Assembly: GCF_006345805.1 (NCBI RefSeq)
Contig: NC_043001.1
Span: forward strand, 82,212,001 to 82,276,000
Direction of reading: 5' to 3'
Source of the DNA: Octopus sinensis
Lineage: Eukaryota
DNA length: 64,000 nucleotides
The notes under the pieces were generated by a model. It was not told where the DNA came from. It did not search any database and saw nothing but the letters and a program-made list of their open reading frames with translations. Numbering within the stretch: the stretch's first letter is position 1; each line of letters opens with the position of its first letter. Both the position numbers and the translations under genes were made by a program. Shown here one piece after another: positions 26,393 through 40,898 of the stretch.

Positions 26393-26942
26393 GTCTGTCT
26401 ATCTATCTGTCTGTCTGTCTGTCTATATATCTAGCTAGCAATGTATGTATATAGCTAGTTATGTATGTATGTAATTAGCATTGTATGTATATAAGTATGT
26501 ATGTATCTTACTATCTATGTGTGTGTGTGTGTGTTCATGTGTATGTATGTGTTTTCGTACGTGTGCCGTGTGTGTTGTGTGTGTTGTGTATGCCTGCGTG
26601 TGTTCATGTAAATTTTCTGTATAACCATACATAAAGAAAAAAATACATTCAAGCTTTAACAACAAAAATAAAGCGCTCATTAACTATGTGGAGTGTATGG
26701 ACATTATTTGCACAAGGAAAGTGTCGATAGGGAATTCGAATTTTGGCCGGTCATCAGATTTCCTTAGAGGAAGCTGACAAGAGAAGCAACCTCGAAGTCA
26801 CTATCAAACTTCGAAGTTACTATCAAATCTTAATGTGTACACACACACACACACATAACAGAACAAAAAAGTTGGTGTTTAGGTACAAATTCGACCTCAC
26901 CACCAACTGTCATTCGACGTCGTATTACCCATAATTTACCTG

Positions 26943-26976
<34 letters not shown>

Positions 26977-27753
26977 CAATTTCGAAGTCAATTTGTAACA
27001 CACACACGCACGTACAAACACGCACACACATACACATACATAGACACGCACAAGTTTGATTGTTTCATGGGAAGTTAGTAACATATTTCATGTAGAGAGG
27101 CAGCAGCAACTTAATATGAGATGCATATCATGTGATGAGGAAAAGACAAATTAGTTAAATAACTAATATTTCGATTACTTCGTTAATAACTGTAGCCATG
27201 TATATTTTAAACGTTTTTCATCTCTCTCTCTCTCTCTTTTTTTTTCTTCTTGAGTCATAGGATTCATTAGTTAGGTTGTGCACTTTTCGTGGAATTTAAA
27301 TGACTGAGCTCACCACATTCTCTCAAAATATTACGCCGCAAGAACAGCAGTTTTGGGGTGAGTGGACAAGTCAATCACATCGACATTACTACTTGACTGT
27401 TATTTCATTATATCGATCCCGAAAGAGCTCGGCGGGTTTTAAACTCAGAAGCTAAAGCGCCAGAAGAAATGACGCTAAGCGTTCTTTGTGCTAACGATTC
27501 TATCGCCTTCTTATTTCATATATCTTATTATTAGCTGACTCCGTACCATCAAAAATGACGGCTAATTGTAGTATTTCATATATAAATAAGGTATAAAATA
27601 AGGTATATAATAATCACAGATACAAACATTCACATACTTCCCTTGTACATGCACACGTATACACACATACACTGAAACAGAGTTGAAATACTGTTTGATT
27701 TTTCTTTTCAGCGTTGAACGTTCCCCATCCCGTTTCCATTGCACACACACATG

Positions 27754-27798
<45 letters not shown>

Positions 27799-28115
27799 GC
27801 ACATACACTCTCCAACACACAGAAACATTCACATACCTCCCTTTTACATACACATATACTCTACAGAGTTAAAACGCTGTTTTTCTTTCACCCTTTCTTT
27901 CGTTATTCATATGTTGTGACGGAGAAAAACAGAAGATACACGACGCGCTCTTTGCCACTTCTTTTCTCTCATTGCTATAACTTTCCCTCACTCTTTCTCA
28001 GTCATGGCTATTACTCTCACTACTTATCCTTCACTGAATTACTATTTTCTCTCTTCCTCCCTTTTATACTACTCTTTCTCCTACTCCGTGATTCCGCACA
28101 AATGTATATATAATA

Positions 28116-28183
<68 letters not shown>

Positions 28184-28965
28184 TACATACATATATATAC
28201 ATATATATACATATACAAATTTATAAAAACAATACGCTCATTATTATATTAGGAGATTCTTAATCTGAAACATCATGTTACCATACATCAGACATGGACA
28301 GTAATTCTCAAGAAACGGGCTGCATGAGAAGTGGCTCATAATCAGACAGGCAGCGTTATTAAAAAACAAATTTCAACGTAATATCTCGTTAGAAGTACCA
28401 GTCACAGTCAAAAGTTTTGGGTCACGATAGCAGGAAATATTAGTCTTGTGTGCAGCAGTTTGGCCATAACTGTCTTAAATATTCTAATTTCTGATAGGCA
28501 ACAGCTCGTATATCATCATTAAGGATGTCAATTATAATCATTTTGTCATTGTGTCACTCGTACTTGATTTCGGAGGTAACTGGGTGCAAAGATAACTTTG
28601 TAGTTAAGAAAATCATGTGGTGGATTATGGATTAACAAGCACAAAGATACACACAATTTGACGTTTATATATGTATGTATGTATATATATATATATATAT
28701 ATATAGATATATATATATATATATAATTATATATATATATATAATATATATAATATATATATATATATAATATATATATGTATATATATGTATGTATATA
28801 TTATATATATATATATAATATACATACATTCATACATACACATATATGTCTTATACATACATATGCAAACACAAACACACACATACATGCGTACAAACAT
28901 ATATATGTGAGTGTGTTATGTGTCTGTCTGTATGTAGATATACATTATAGCTTTTCAAAGCCATA

Positions 28966-29458
28966 ATGGACGTGACAAAGGAGCATATTCGGCATATTTT
29001 GCTTTATGAGTTCAATAAAGGTAACAACTCAAGGGAAAGTGCGATGAATATTAACGCACCTTCGGTTTGAAGACGAAAGGCGTTCTTCCAACAGGATAAT
29101 ACTCGGTCACACACAGCGAGTATGACATTCTAAAGCCCGGGGCAGTCTGGGAAAAAGATACCTCACTCACCATATTCGCCGGACATTGTCCCATCTGATT
29201 ATCGTTTATTCCGCAGTCTTCAACATCATTTGGACGGAAAATATGAATACTGTAGATGAGGTCAGGGTAGTACTGGAAGAGTACCGTTCGTCAAGTGAAT
29301 TTTGGAAGAAGGGCCTTACCAGATAGATGGAAGGGTCTACCAGATAGATGGAAGAGGTTTGTAGAAAATGAAAGAGAACATAATTTAGATTTTAAAGAAC
29401 TTTATTTTAATTTTTAAAAAGAAAGAAGTAATAAAAACCGCTTTATTTATGGGATGAC
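28966..29458 (+). mobile_element. Mariner deletion derivative, same family as 5400-6308
   Basis: MDVTKEHIRHILLYEFNKG fused to the QQDN...HSPYSPDIVPSDYRLFRSL region; ends TTATTTATGGGATGAC, a partial TIR. Confidence 0.85.
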
Positions 29459-29486
29459 AGCAGTGAAACATCATACATACATACAT

Positions 29487-29530
<44 letters not shown>

Positions 29531-29569
29531 TATATATATATATATATATATAATATATATATATCCGTA

Positions 29570-30644
29570 ATATTTTATCTCAGTAGATGACCACAGCATC
29601 TTGTTTTGGCTACACGCGGGTGGAAGGGGCTGTTGACACAATCGTTTCATTCACAAATTTGAATTCGGTGATACTAGTTGAGGATTCTAGCTCGCTCTGA
29701 TACTGAGTTGAGTTGGTACCTCCTAGTATCTCAAAATTCAATATATAATCATTTATGATTATAGTATTCCACGCTGAAGAGAAAAGAAGTTTCGGTAAGA
29801 TAGAATTATTTAATATTTAATATTTTAATTCTTATGCTTTCCTAAAACTTGATTTCGAACGTACGTCCGTGATAAAACTTAAAAATGTTTGATAGATTGC
29901 GGTTATTCATTCTCTCTTACCTGTTTGTGTCAGCCTTCCAATTGCTGTTTTTACTGATTCCTTTTTTTAGTAGAAGAAATAGCTATAACCTTTGACTGCT
30001 ATTTCTAATTCGGTATGTGGTACGGCAATTCGTTGCTGAACCCTTATGCTTAGTAACGTAAATTTTCCTCAAATGAGGCTTTTACATGCCGAAGACTACT
30101 TGGTGTAATTGATAATTATTCCAAATTAATTAATTTCACCCTTCATTATTACGGATAACCATATTTTATCTCAGTAGATGACCACAGCATCTTGTTTTGG
30201 CTACACGCGGGTGGGAGGGGGCTGTTGACACAATCGTTTCATTCAATTTGAATTCGGTGAATACTAGTTGAGGATTCTAGCTCGCTCTGATACTGAGTTG
30301 AGTTGGTACCTCCTAGTAATCTCAAAATTCAATATATCATGACATTTATATTATAGTATTCCACGCTGAAGAAAAGAAGTTTCGGTAAGATAGAATTATT
30401 TAATATTTAATATTTTAATTCTTATGCTTTCCTAACACTTGATTTCGAAACGTACGTCCGTGGATAACTTTAAAAATTTGATATTGCGGTTAATTCATTC
30501 TCTCTTCCCTGTTTGTGTCAGCCTTCCAATTGCTGTTTTTACTGAGATCTCCCTTTTTAGTAGAAGAAATAGCTATAACCCTGTGACTGCTATTTCTAAA
30601 TCGGTATGTGGTAAGGCAATTCGTTGCTGAACCCTTATTGCTTA
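29570..30644. repeat. Direct duplication of a ~483-bp unique segment (29570-30052 and 30161-30644)
   Basis: The copies are colinear and differ mostly by 1-3 nt indels; 108-nt spacer; (TA)n on both outer sides. Confidence 0.9.
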
Positions 30645-30654
30645 TATTACTTAT

Positions 30655-30699
<45 letters not shown>

Positions 30700-30723
30700 T
30701 ATATGTGTTATATATATATATAT

Positions 30724-30777
<54 letters not shown>

Positions 30778-31602
30778 GTGTATGTATATATATATATATA
30801 TTATATATAGGTACATACGAACATACATCATACAAACATACAAACATGCATACGACGGGTATCTTTCTGTTTTTCTGTGTACCATATCCACTCACAAGGT
30901 ACTGGCTGAAACGGGGCTGTAATAGAAGCCACTACTTGCCTTGATCAAGTTGTCGCGCAGTGGGACCGAACCCAAAACCAGGTGGAATCAAAGCGAGCTT
31001 CTTAACCAACACAACCATGTCTACATTGAAAAGAAAAAAAAAAAGAGCAAAAGCTTTCAGTGGTATCGGTACAAAATAGTCATAATAAAAAAAAATAAAT
31101 AAAACGAGAGTGAAACAAGCTATATTTCTGTGTCTTTAATATAGCGATTTCACATCAAAACCTTCGTTGTAAAAACAGAAATATGTTTTGCTTACAACGA
31201 AACATAAAAGTAACAGTTGGTTTTGCTCTCAGTTAATGCGTCATAATGCTGACTGAAGGAATTCGCCAACCAATAATCAATAATGCTTTAATGTAAGGAT
31301 TTGATAGGAATTAGCCAACAATCGTTTTTTTTAATATTTTTTATTATTTTTTATTATTTATTTTTTATGTAGCCGTTTAATCATTTACGTCAATTGATGT
31401 GTTTATAAAACATTGTTGTTGTTGTGTTTTTTTTACTTTGTTTTGCGTTTTGTCGAACTTAACGATGGCTGTGTCCATAAGATGTTTCCGTTAAGTTGTT
31501 GGATGACACAGTATGCGAGTCATTTATACTTAATTACTAATGCTACTTGTATGACTTTTTAACTTCATACTACGGTAAATTAATCAAATTAAAAGTATGT
31601 CG

Positions 31603-31641
<39 letters not shown>

Positions 31642-32964
31642 ATGGCGGAGAAAACAAAACAAGAAAGAAAGAAAGAAACATAAAATGGAGGCTATGACAT
31701 TATATTAGTGCAATGAACCGCGTTCTTTATCTACGTTGATCTAATTTGCTTCTGAACAATTTATCACTTATTTATAAATATACTGGAGGACATTCAGCAC
31801 TTCTATAAATATTCACACTGTCTCCAGTTCTTATTGTCAACAATATACATTGTCAAAATGTTTGCCGAGTTGATTGTTCGGTATGTGTTCGTTTCTCTCT
31901 CTTATTTATATTTCAGTGATAATCACAAGCTTTTCGCTTTTGTCACACGATTTAAAACCCTTTAATTCACCCAATTTCCTCTCTTGAAAGAGCTATTATT
32001 ATTACTGTTATTATTATTATTACTACTGCTACTACTACTACTACTACAACTACCACCTACCACTTGATAAGTTATTGCTGCCGAATCATTTATTTGTTGA
32101 AAGAAATATGAGCAGCGTTAATGTATACTGGAATCAAACATTCTTCTTAGACATTATCCTACAACACTAATCATAGCTATCAATTGATTTTCACAGCACA
32201 TTTTACCTAAGTGTCAGCGCTTACACAGTCGCACACATACACACACGTGCACACACACACGCACCACACACACACACACACACACACACACACCACACAC
32301 ACAAACACACACATTTACTCTCTCATTCACTCACACAAAATCATATATAGTCAATATGTCTATTCGTAGTCTGTGTGTTTGTGCCTGTGTATGTATGCAT
32401 ATGTACATGCATGTGTGTATATATATATTTATGGATGCATGTATGTACATGTGTCTGTATATTTAAATTGTTAGTTATTCTTCAGTTGACAGATTTCGGA
32501 CAGTTCTCTTTAAATAGAAGGATGCATGCGGAATCATCTGGGTCTTTTAGTGAACTAACCTCCTTCTCTTGAAGGATTTGTACAAATTTGGCGATGTCGA
32601 TAATGAAGAGCATTGTTTAAATATTAAAGCTAATGATTTATTACATTGGAGCTAGGCCACAAGTTAGTAGAAATGGTTTATAAGCGACTGAATGAGCTCG
32701 GTTTACTAGAGATGCCATTTTATAATTATAGAGTTTGATGGAAGGCAGATTTGACCTCGCCCCTGTTAACAATTTAAACTCCGAATTTTATAAGATCCAA
32801 ACTAAATACTGTAAAATATTTGATTTCATCTGCTTGAAGGTAAACAATAGTAACATTCTGTAATATAATTTATTTTATTTTTATTCTCTGTCTTTGGATA
32901 GCAAGTGTTATTTCCTATTTGTTTCTGACGAGAAATCATAGGAATGGTTTTATGACATGGACAT

Positions 32965-33345
32965 CTATGTTTTGAAACTGACCTATTTTCCATTACAATT
33001 TAGAAAAACTCGGCACTGGGTGGCTTAACCGACAAATATCGTAATAGCAAATATTCTGCTTAATGCCACGGATGAGCTTGTCAGCTGCTTGACTTTAGTC
33101 ACATGAACATGCACCTTAGTAGCTGACAATATGTGCATCCCTGATCATGAACAGGAGTAGTGAGGGAGCATCATAGCCGTGTCGTAAGAGGGATTCTTCG
33201 GGTTTTGAATAAACGTAGCAAAAGCAAAGTTTGAAGGAAATATTGGTCGTTTTTCACACTTTCTAGGGGTTAGCAAAGAGGCAATATCAATTGCTACACA
33301 AGGACAAAAATCTTGTTACTCAGTGCAATCAATGGTATTTCGAAT
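32965..33345 (+). repeat. Unclassified ~360-bp interspersed repeat, copy 2
   Basis: Colinear with 3913-4272. Confidence 0.6.
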
Positions 33346-33374
33346 CTTAACTACAGCAGTGGCCCAAAAGTAGT

Positions 33375-33429
<55 letters not shown>

Positions 33430-33691
33430 TGTAGTGGTGGTGGTGGTGGTATGGGGCACTGTAACAGCGCGTAGCTGCAGCCACCATTTGTTGGAGAATC
33501 CTTACTCCTGGCGGGTGAGACCTTTGCACCACTCAGGCGACGATCCTCAAAGTCATTGATCTGTTTGAGTAGTCGCTGCTGGTGAGGCTTTTAGAAGGTC
33601 GGAATGCGAATCCTACTTCAACCTCTTTTAGTCGCCTTTTGCAATATGCATATGAAAAGTTGTCTATTTTCTTTGACATGCTGGTACCACA

Positions 33692-33807
33692 CAGCTCTTG
33701 AGCAACGTGAAATGTAGTGTTTCACTCAAGCACATAACACGCCGCCTGGTTCGGGATTCGAATATTCAATCTCGCGATTGTGAGTGCGACGTCCTAACCA
33801 CTAGGCC
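33692..33807 (-). mobile_element. SINE family C 5' part
   Basis: Reverse strand GGCCTAGTGGTTAGG (A box), ATTCGAATCCCG (B box), GTGCTTGAG...TTTCACGTTGCTC. Confidence 0.55.
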
Positions 33808-33928
33808 TTCACAGTAATAGCCTTCGTTTTTCATCTTTTTTCTTGCGCCCTATGAGTCATGTGTTTGGTTACCCGATATCTATGATATATAATTGACTGA
33901 GATCACAATTTTCTCCTTGAACGGTACA

Positions 33929-34046
33929 TCGATTATCGTTCGAATATCGTTCGAAAATAATTGTTCGAAAACAATTATTCGAAAAACATTTATTCGAATG
34001 GAAAATTGTATGAATGAAAATTATTCAAACGGACAATTATGCGAAA
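33929..34046. repeat. Degenerate 14-16-bp tandem array with TTCGAA cores
   Basis: TTCGAA at 33939, 33950, 33964, 33978 and 33993; variants at 34009, 34024 and 34040. Confidence 0.6.
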
Positions 34047-35074
34047 TGTTAATTATACTAAAATTTTTATTTTAGTTAAACAAAACTGACTTCGACGGAA
34101 TTTGAACTCTGAACGTAAAGAGTCGGAAGAAAACCTGCTATGCACTTCGCCTGACGTTCTAACGATTCTACCAACTCGTCACTTTAACGGACTAAATACC
34201 TTACAATATTTAGTCCTGAATCTGTACTTTGAAGTTCAAATCCTGTCTACCTTTTGCCCTCAAGCGGTAAATAAAATAAGTACCAAATATGTACTTAAGT
34301 TGATTCAAGGTATTTATATACATCCTTCCGAACAACTTGTAACATACATTAGTCTTAGAACTCATAATCGCAATAGAACTTATAATTCCATTAAGAATTG
34401 CTATCCTTCTAAACATTTTCTGTTTAATAGAGGAGAGAAATAATTATAGATTACATGCATGGAAAGACCAGCTCCTCACCAATAAAATGTCTGAAGGCAA
34501 CAAATATAAATTGAAGATACCGTTTGCTTTGATTATGCGAGGCAATGACCACTTCATCCATCATCACCTCATGAAAGCTAACATATGTTTGGTGGTTGAC
34601 AGAATTGCACTGCACACAGCTGATATAGAAGTACATTCGAGCGGAATAACTCTTCGAGAACACTTGCATCAATTTCATTCCCATTTACTATAAACTCCAT
34701 GAATACCATCTTAAAAAATACAGGAAATAGCTATATACTCGATAACGACATAATTAGCTCTTTATCTATTACACATGAATGATACTAAGCTTAAACGAAC
34801 GGTATTTTTTTTATTTCTTGAAATTAATTTTTCTTAGGAACTTAGTAGCTTTTATAATGCCAGTGACATTTATGCCGATAACTATGTCAAACACATTTTC
34901 TAAAGTCAATAAATTTGGCGTAAAAATTAACTAAATTATACAAGTAATCGAGATAGGTCAAGCATGGAGGTATCTACGAGAAAGAACAAGAACAACATAG
35001 TAAAAGAAACGAAACTTCTTGTAGAAATACTTCTGATAATTGAAATAACGTGTTAGTGACAGAAATATTGATTT

Positions 35075-36092
35075 CAAATTTTGGCACAAGGCTATTAGTT
35101 TCGATTAAATCGGTCTCAGTGCTCAACTGGTGTTTATTTTATCGACCCCGAAAGGATAAAAGGCAAATCCGAACTCGGCAGAATTTGAACTCAGAATGTA
35201 ACGGCAGACGAAATACCTATTTCTTTACTACTTACAAGGGGCTAAACACAGAGTGGACAAACAAGGACAGACACACGGATTAAGTCCATTATATCAACCC
35301 CAGCGCGTAACTGGTACTTATATAATCGACCCCGAAAGGATGAAAGGCAAAGTCGACCTCGTCGGAATTTGAACTCAGAACGCAGCGGCAAACGAAATAC
35401 CGCCAAGCATTTCGCCCGGCGTGCTAACGATTCTGCCAGCTCACCGCCTTTTAGTGGTATAAATATCTATTTCTTTATTGCCCACGGGAGGCTAAACATA
35501 GAGGGGACAAACAAGGACAAAGGGATTAAGTCGATTGCATCAACCTCAGTGCGTAACTGGTACTTATTTAATGGACCCTGAAAGGATGAAAAGCAAAGTC
35601 GACCTCGTCAGAATTTGAACTCAGAATGTGAAGACACGAAATACTGCTAAACATTTCGCCCGGCGTGCTAACGATTCTGCCAGCACGGCGCTTTCTAAAA
35701 ATAATATTTTCTACTCTAGGCGCAAGGCCTGAAATTTGTGGGGAGAGGGCCAGTCGATTAGAGCGACTCCAGTACGCAACTTGTACTTAATTTATCGATC
35801 CCGAAAGGATGAAAGGCAAAGTGGACCTCGGCGGAATTTGAACTCAGAACGTAATGACAAACGAAACCCTTATTTCTTTGCTACCCACAAGGGGCTAAAC
35901 ACAGAGAGGACAAACAAGGACAGAGAAACGATTAAGTCGATTATATAGACCCCAGTGCGTAACTGGTACCTAATTTATCGACCTCAAAAGGATAAAAGGC
36001 AAAGACGACCTCGGCGAAATTTGAACTCAGAACGTAACGGCAGACGAAATACTGCTAAGCATCTCGTTCGGCGTGCTAACGATTCTGTCGCC
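35075..36092 (-). mobile_element. Array of five SINE family B units, including two tail1/tail2 composites
   Basis: Repeated GAAAGGATGAAAGGCAAAG...GAATTTGAACTCAGAAC cores; composite junctions at 35217/35218 and 35870/35871. Confidence 0.9.
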
Positions 36093-36609
36093 TTTTAATC
36101 ATACAAATATTAAGACTTAGAAGGACTTTTTCACCACTGATACTTATCATACACTACTGGGATAGTCATTAGAGTGCGCCCATGCTGGGACATCGCCATG
36201 AATGGTTCAGTTGAACAAATCAACCCTAGAAATTATGTTCTCGTCTAATTTCGGTATTTATTCAGCCGTTCTCATTTCCCGAATAGCTAAGTTACGGGAA
36301 CATAAACACTGAAACATCGGCTGTCAAACGGTGTTGGAAGACAAACACAGACACAAAGACTCACGCAAGCACGCAAGCACGCACGCACACATACACGCAC
36401 TTACAATTCTTTTTTTGGAACAGTGAATTTCGAAACTGATAAAGCTTTAAGTAATAGCATCTAAAAGGCCTTTTTAATCCAATATTTACACACTAATGTT
36501 TATAGCTTTGGTTTATTCGAGAATCACGCCTTGTTCTTGAAGTACCTAAATTCTTATAAAGTCATCAATATATATTCATACATACATACATACTACATAC
36601 ATACATACA

Positions 36610-36640
<31 letters not shown>

Positions 36641-36754
36641 CATATACATATATATATATACATACACACACAGACATATATATATATACCGCGTGTGTAC
36701 CGTTGGCGATTTTTTTCCTCCGTCTTCCCTTCTCTGGATCTTTCCTTTTCCTAT

Positions 36755-36789
36755 GTTTCTGACGAAGAGCTCCGCTCGAAACGTAAAAC
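36755..36789 (+). ncRNA. Minimal type I hammerhead ribozyme motif in a Penelope-like terminal fragment
   Basis: GUUU-CUGACGA-A-GAGC(UCC)GCUC-GAAAC-GUA-AAAC: stem I GUUU/AAAC, stem II GAGC/GCUC, palindromic ACGU stem III. Confidence 0.65.
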
Positions 36790-37002
36790 CCTCCTTCTTT
36801 CCTTCCTTCCTAAGCGTCCAATAATACTACATTTGTTCCACGTCCTCATGTTGTTGTGTTTTCTCTTTGTGTTTTCATGCTTGGATTAACTTTATATATA
36901 TATATATATATATATATAAAGAAATATATATACACACACATACATATATACATATACAATTAATATATAAAATCATATATATATATATAATAATATAGAT
37001 AA

Positions 37003-37056
<54 letters not shown>

Positions 37057-37165
37057 CTTACGGAGATGTACTTGTATAGCAAGTGACTTGATCTGAGATC
37101 GTGTGCTGAAACAAAAACAATTGCAGCATGGAAGGTGGTGTGGTGGTGGTTGTAGAAGCAGTAGT

Positions 37166-37246
<81 letters not shown>

Positions 37247-37494
37247 CCTTGAAACTAAAAGCACAAAACCAGTAATTTTGGAGGAGGTGGATAGTCGATT
37301 ACATCGACCCCAATACTCGACTGGTACTTATATCGTCGACCTCCGAAATAAGGCAAAGGTGACGTCGACAGAATTTGAATTCTGAGCGTAAACAGCCGCA
37401 CTAATTGCTTCAAATTTTGGCAAAATGCCAGTAATTTTAGAGCGAGAGCATGGTCGATTACATTGATCAGCAACCACGAAGTAAATGAAAAGAT

Positions 37495-37788
37495 GAAATG
37501 AAAAAGAAGAGGAGGAGAGGAGAGAAACAGGAGGAGGGGGAGGAAGAGGAGGGGATGATGATGAGGATGAAGGGGAAGAAGAAGAAGAAAAAAAGGGAGA
37601 AGAAATAAATGAAAATATGAAATGAGAAGGAAGAGGAGAAGAAGAAGAAGAAGAAGAAGAAGAAGAAGAAGAAGGATAATAATAATAAAATATATAATAA
37701 TAATAATAATAATAATATAATAATAATAATAATAAAAGAAGAAGAAGAAGAAAAAAGAAGAAGAAAAAAAGAGGAGAAGAAGAAGGAG

Positions 37789-37819
<31 letters not shown>

Positions 37820-37985
37820 CAGGAAGGGTTGAAATGAGGAGGAGGAATGAGGAGGAGCAGGAGGAATAGAAGAAGAAGAAAAGAAGAAGAAGAAGAAGAA
37901 GAAGAGAAGAAGAAGAGAAGAAGAAGAAGAAGAAGAAGAAGAAGAAGAAGAAGAAGAAGAAGAAGAAGAAGAAGAAGAAGATACG
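37495..37985. repeat. Compound (GAA)n/(TAA)n/(GAA)n microsatellite
   Basis: Directly visible; source of the 221-274 aa low-complexity ORFs. Confidence 0.95.
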
Positions 37986-38297
37986 ACGAGGCGACAACGT
38001 CCAAATCATACAGTTGGTAGGGTACGCAAAATAAACCAAAAGCAGAAGAACAGACGGGGCAGCTGACAAAAATGAACATGTGACCAGGTTCTGTAATGAT
38101 TCAATAAGTGCAAACAAGTTCATTGGCCACACTTGAGATAAGCTGGATAAGGGAAGATTATCAGGACAGAAATAAGTTAAATATTTATGTCATTCAGTTA
38201 ATTAAAGGATACACTGAGTGCAGATGAAAAATCTGTCATAACGTATGTGTGTGTGTGTATACATACACCGTACATACACAACATACACCACACACAA

Positions 38298-38386
<89 letters not shown>

Positions 38387-38420
38387 ATATATATGTAAAT
38401 ATATATATATATATGTATAT

Positions 38421-38452
<32 letters not shown>

Positions 38453-38750
38453 ATATATATAATATATATATATATATACACATGTCTAAAGATATGTACA
38501 TATAGTCGAACATAGTCGTTAATATATATACACTGAATCACACGCACAGTCACACCCACTCGTACACGCACGCACACATACACGCGCACACACACACATA
38601 CGCACATACGTGTATAGATCTACAGTTATAAAGTTATGTACACAATCACACATAGTCGTCGACATGCGTACATACAGACACAGCCACACACCTGAGTATC
38701 TCCACGCACAAACACACACACATACATACATACATACATACATACATACA

Positions 38751-38782
<32 letters not shown>

Positions 38783-39664
38783 ACACCATACATACATTCA
38801 TACATACATGCATACATACATAATTACATACATACAATCAAGCATATTCACAGATAAAAACATGGCCACACACCTGTATACGTTCATACACACACATACA
38901 CATGCGTACACACGTACACACGCACACATACACTCACATACATACGCACACATACACACACATAAATGCGTATACATACACGCACATTGATAGACATTCA
39001 TACACACTCTCACAGACATACACACATACACAAATACATACAAACACCCAAATACAATCATAGATACACACAACCACAGACAGACAGATAAACACAGACA
39101 CACACACATACGTACACACACGCACACAATCACATACATTCAAAGACATACACACACATGCCCTCACGTAACTTTTTGAGATTTGATATTCATGTCACTA
39201 AGTTAATCCTTGGTGATCTCGCTCCTCGCGCCAAGAGTTTAGCACAATTCCCCCGTTACTAAACGCACCGATGATAAAACGGTTAAGCATTTCTTCTTCA
39301 GTCAAATTGTTGTCTGCAATGTTTCCACCTCTCTCTTTGATATTAGTCACACATTGGCAATCTAAAGTCATTCCATTTATTGCGAAGACGATGGGAATGT
39401 TATAAAGAAATGTTCAGAATATTTTTCTCTTTGGTTTCCCGGATCTTGCTCTGTTCTTATTCTAATATAATGGAAGTTTACAAGTTGAACACACAGAAGT
39501 TATGTTAACGCTCCAGTCTAACGGAAATTTGTTTAATGATTTGGAAAGTCCGTCTAATAATGGAAGCCACTCGTCTCCCAATGAATAGATGAAACAACTT
39601 GTGAGATATGTTATTGATTTCTAGTTTAGACACAAGGTTGTAGATCTGGGATTAATTGGTTAGT

Positions 39665-39930
39665 TAGTTCTCTTCTTACCACGAGGCACATAAGGCCGCA
39701 ACACGATCTCTCTAACCAGTTCTGTTTCCTGCCACTATTTGGGTCTCATTCCACCTTCTCCACCTTTCTCGTCTCATTTCCACGTCAATGGTCATTTCCC
39801 ATGTGGTTTTTAGGGCGCCCTGCTGTTCTTTTCCGCTCGGGTTACCTCTTTAGTGCCACCATACAATCGCTTTATCGACCTTGTCTGGGGACGTGCCCGT
39901 TCTAGTTCCAGCGTCTGCGTCAATCTTGTG
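39665..39930 (-). mobile_element. RTE-type LINE 3' end
   Basis: The reverse strand encodes KRTAGRPK...W...R..W....ALCA, typical of the RTE C-terminus (GRP..TW...ALCA). Confidence 0.6.
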
Positions 39931-40489
39931 AAGTAGTATGAATAAGATTTGGCATTGGTGGATGCAATTGTCAATTATATCGATCCTAGTATATGACTGG
40001 TATTTGCTTTAGCAACATCTGAACAACGAAGGCAAATTCGAAGACGGCGAATCAATTGATTAAGACATGACAAAAAGTCGTTTCATTCAAGTTATAAGGT
40101 TACAAAGTTGTTGAAACCTAATCCTTATCTTTTAATTTTTGTTTGTTTTAGTCATTGGATTGTAGCCATGCTGGAGCACTGCGTTGCAGGGTTCAATAAG
40201 ACAAATCGATCTCAGTGCCTATAGTTGAGTTTGTTATTTATTCCATTGGTCCTTTTTTTGCCGAGCGCCTAAGTTAGAAAACGTAAACAAAGGAAGACAG
40301 GCTTTGATGCGGTGGTGAAGGATAGACACAAGCACAAACGGTCCCCACACACATGTACATACATATATACACACATACATACATACATACATACATACAT
40401 ACATACATACATACATACATACATACATACATACATACATACGGACATACATACATACATACATACATGTGTGTGTGTGTGTGTGAGTA

Positions 40490-40898
40490 TGTATTTTTTC
40501 CCTTGTTGCAGTCATTTGACTGCGGCCATGCAGGAGCACCACCTTGAAGTTTTAGTCGAAGAAATCGACCCAAGACTTATTTTTTAAAGCCTAGTACTTA
40601 TTTAATCGATTCTTTTGCCGAACCGATAATTTATGTGGTCGCAAACACACTCACACCGGTTGTCAAGCGGTGATTGGAAGCGGAGGACAAACATAGACAC
40701 AAAGACACACACATGTAGGTTTTATATTTATATATATCTACGACGGTTTCTTTCAGTTTCCGTCAATAAAAATCCATTCAAATGGTTTTGGTCAGCTCGA
40801 AGTTCTAATAAAACACCCTTGCCCAAGGTGCCACGCAGCGGGGCTGAACCCGGAGCCTTGTGGCTGGCAAGCAAGCTCCTTACCAGACAGCCACGCCT
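40490..40898 (-). mobile_element. SINE family A, full length
   Basis: Head (CAGCCACGCC on +), CCCAAGGTGCCACGCAG, and 3' tail GACTGCGGCCATGCAGGAGCACC. Confidence 0.8.

Noticed and set aside
28398-28430. Tc1-like terminal motif CAGTCAAAAGTTTTGGG
   Set aside because: No matching opposite end and no transposase remnant.
34480-34709. Minus-strand exon-like segment with strong splice sites
   Set aside because: Stops occur in all three frames.
35075-36092. Regularly repeated units resembling a CRISPR or satellite array
   Set aside because: The units are diverged SINE monomers with tRNA-like heads, without unique spacers, in a eukaryotic context.
39269-39361. 93-nt open minus-strand exon candidate (CQCVTNIKERGGNIADNNLTEEEMLNRFII)
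   Set aside because: The acceptor is weak and no homolog is recognised; it is left unannotated.
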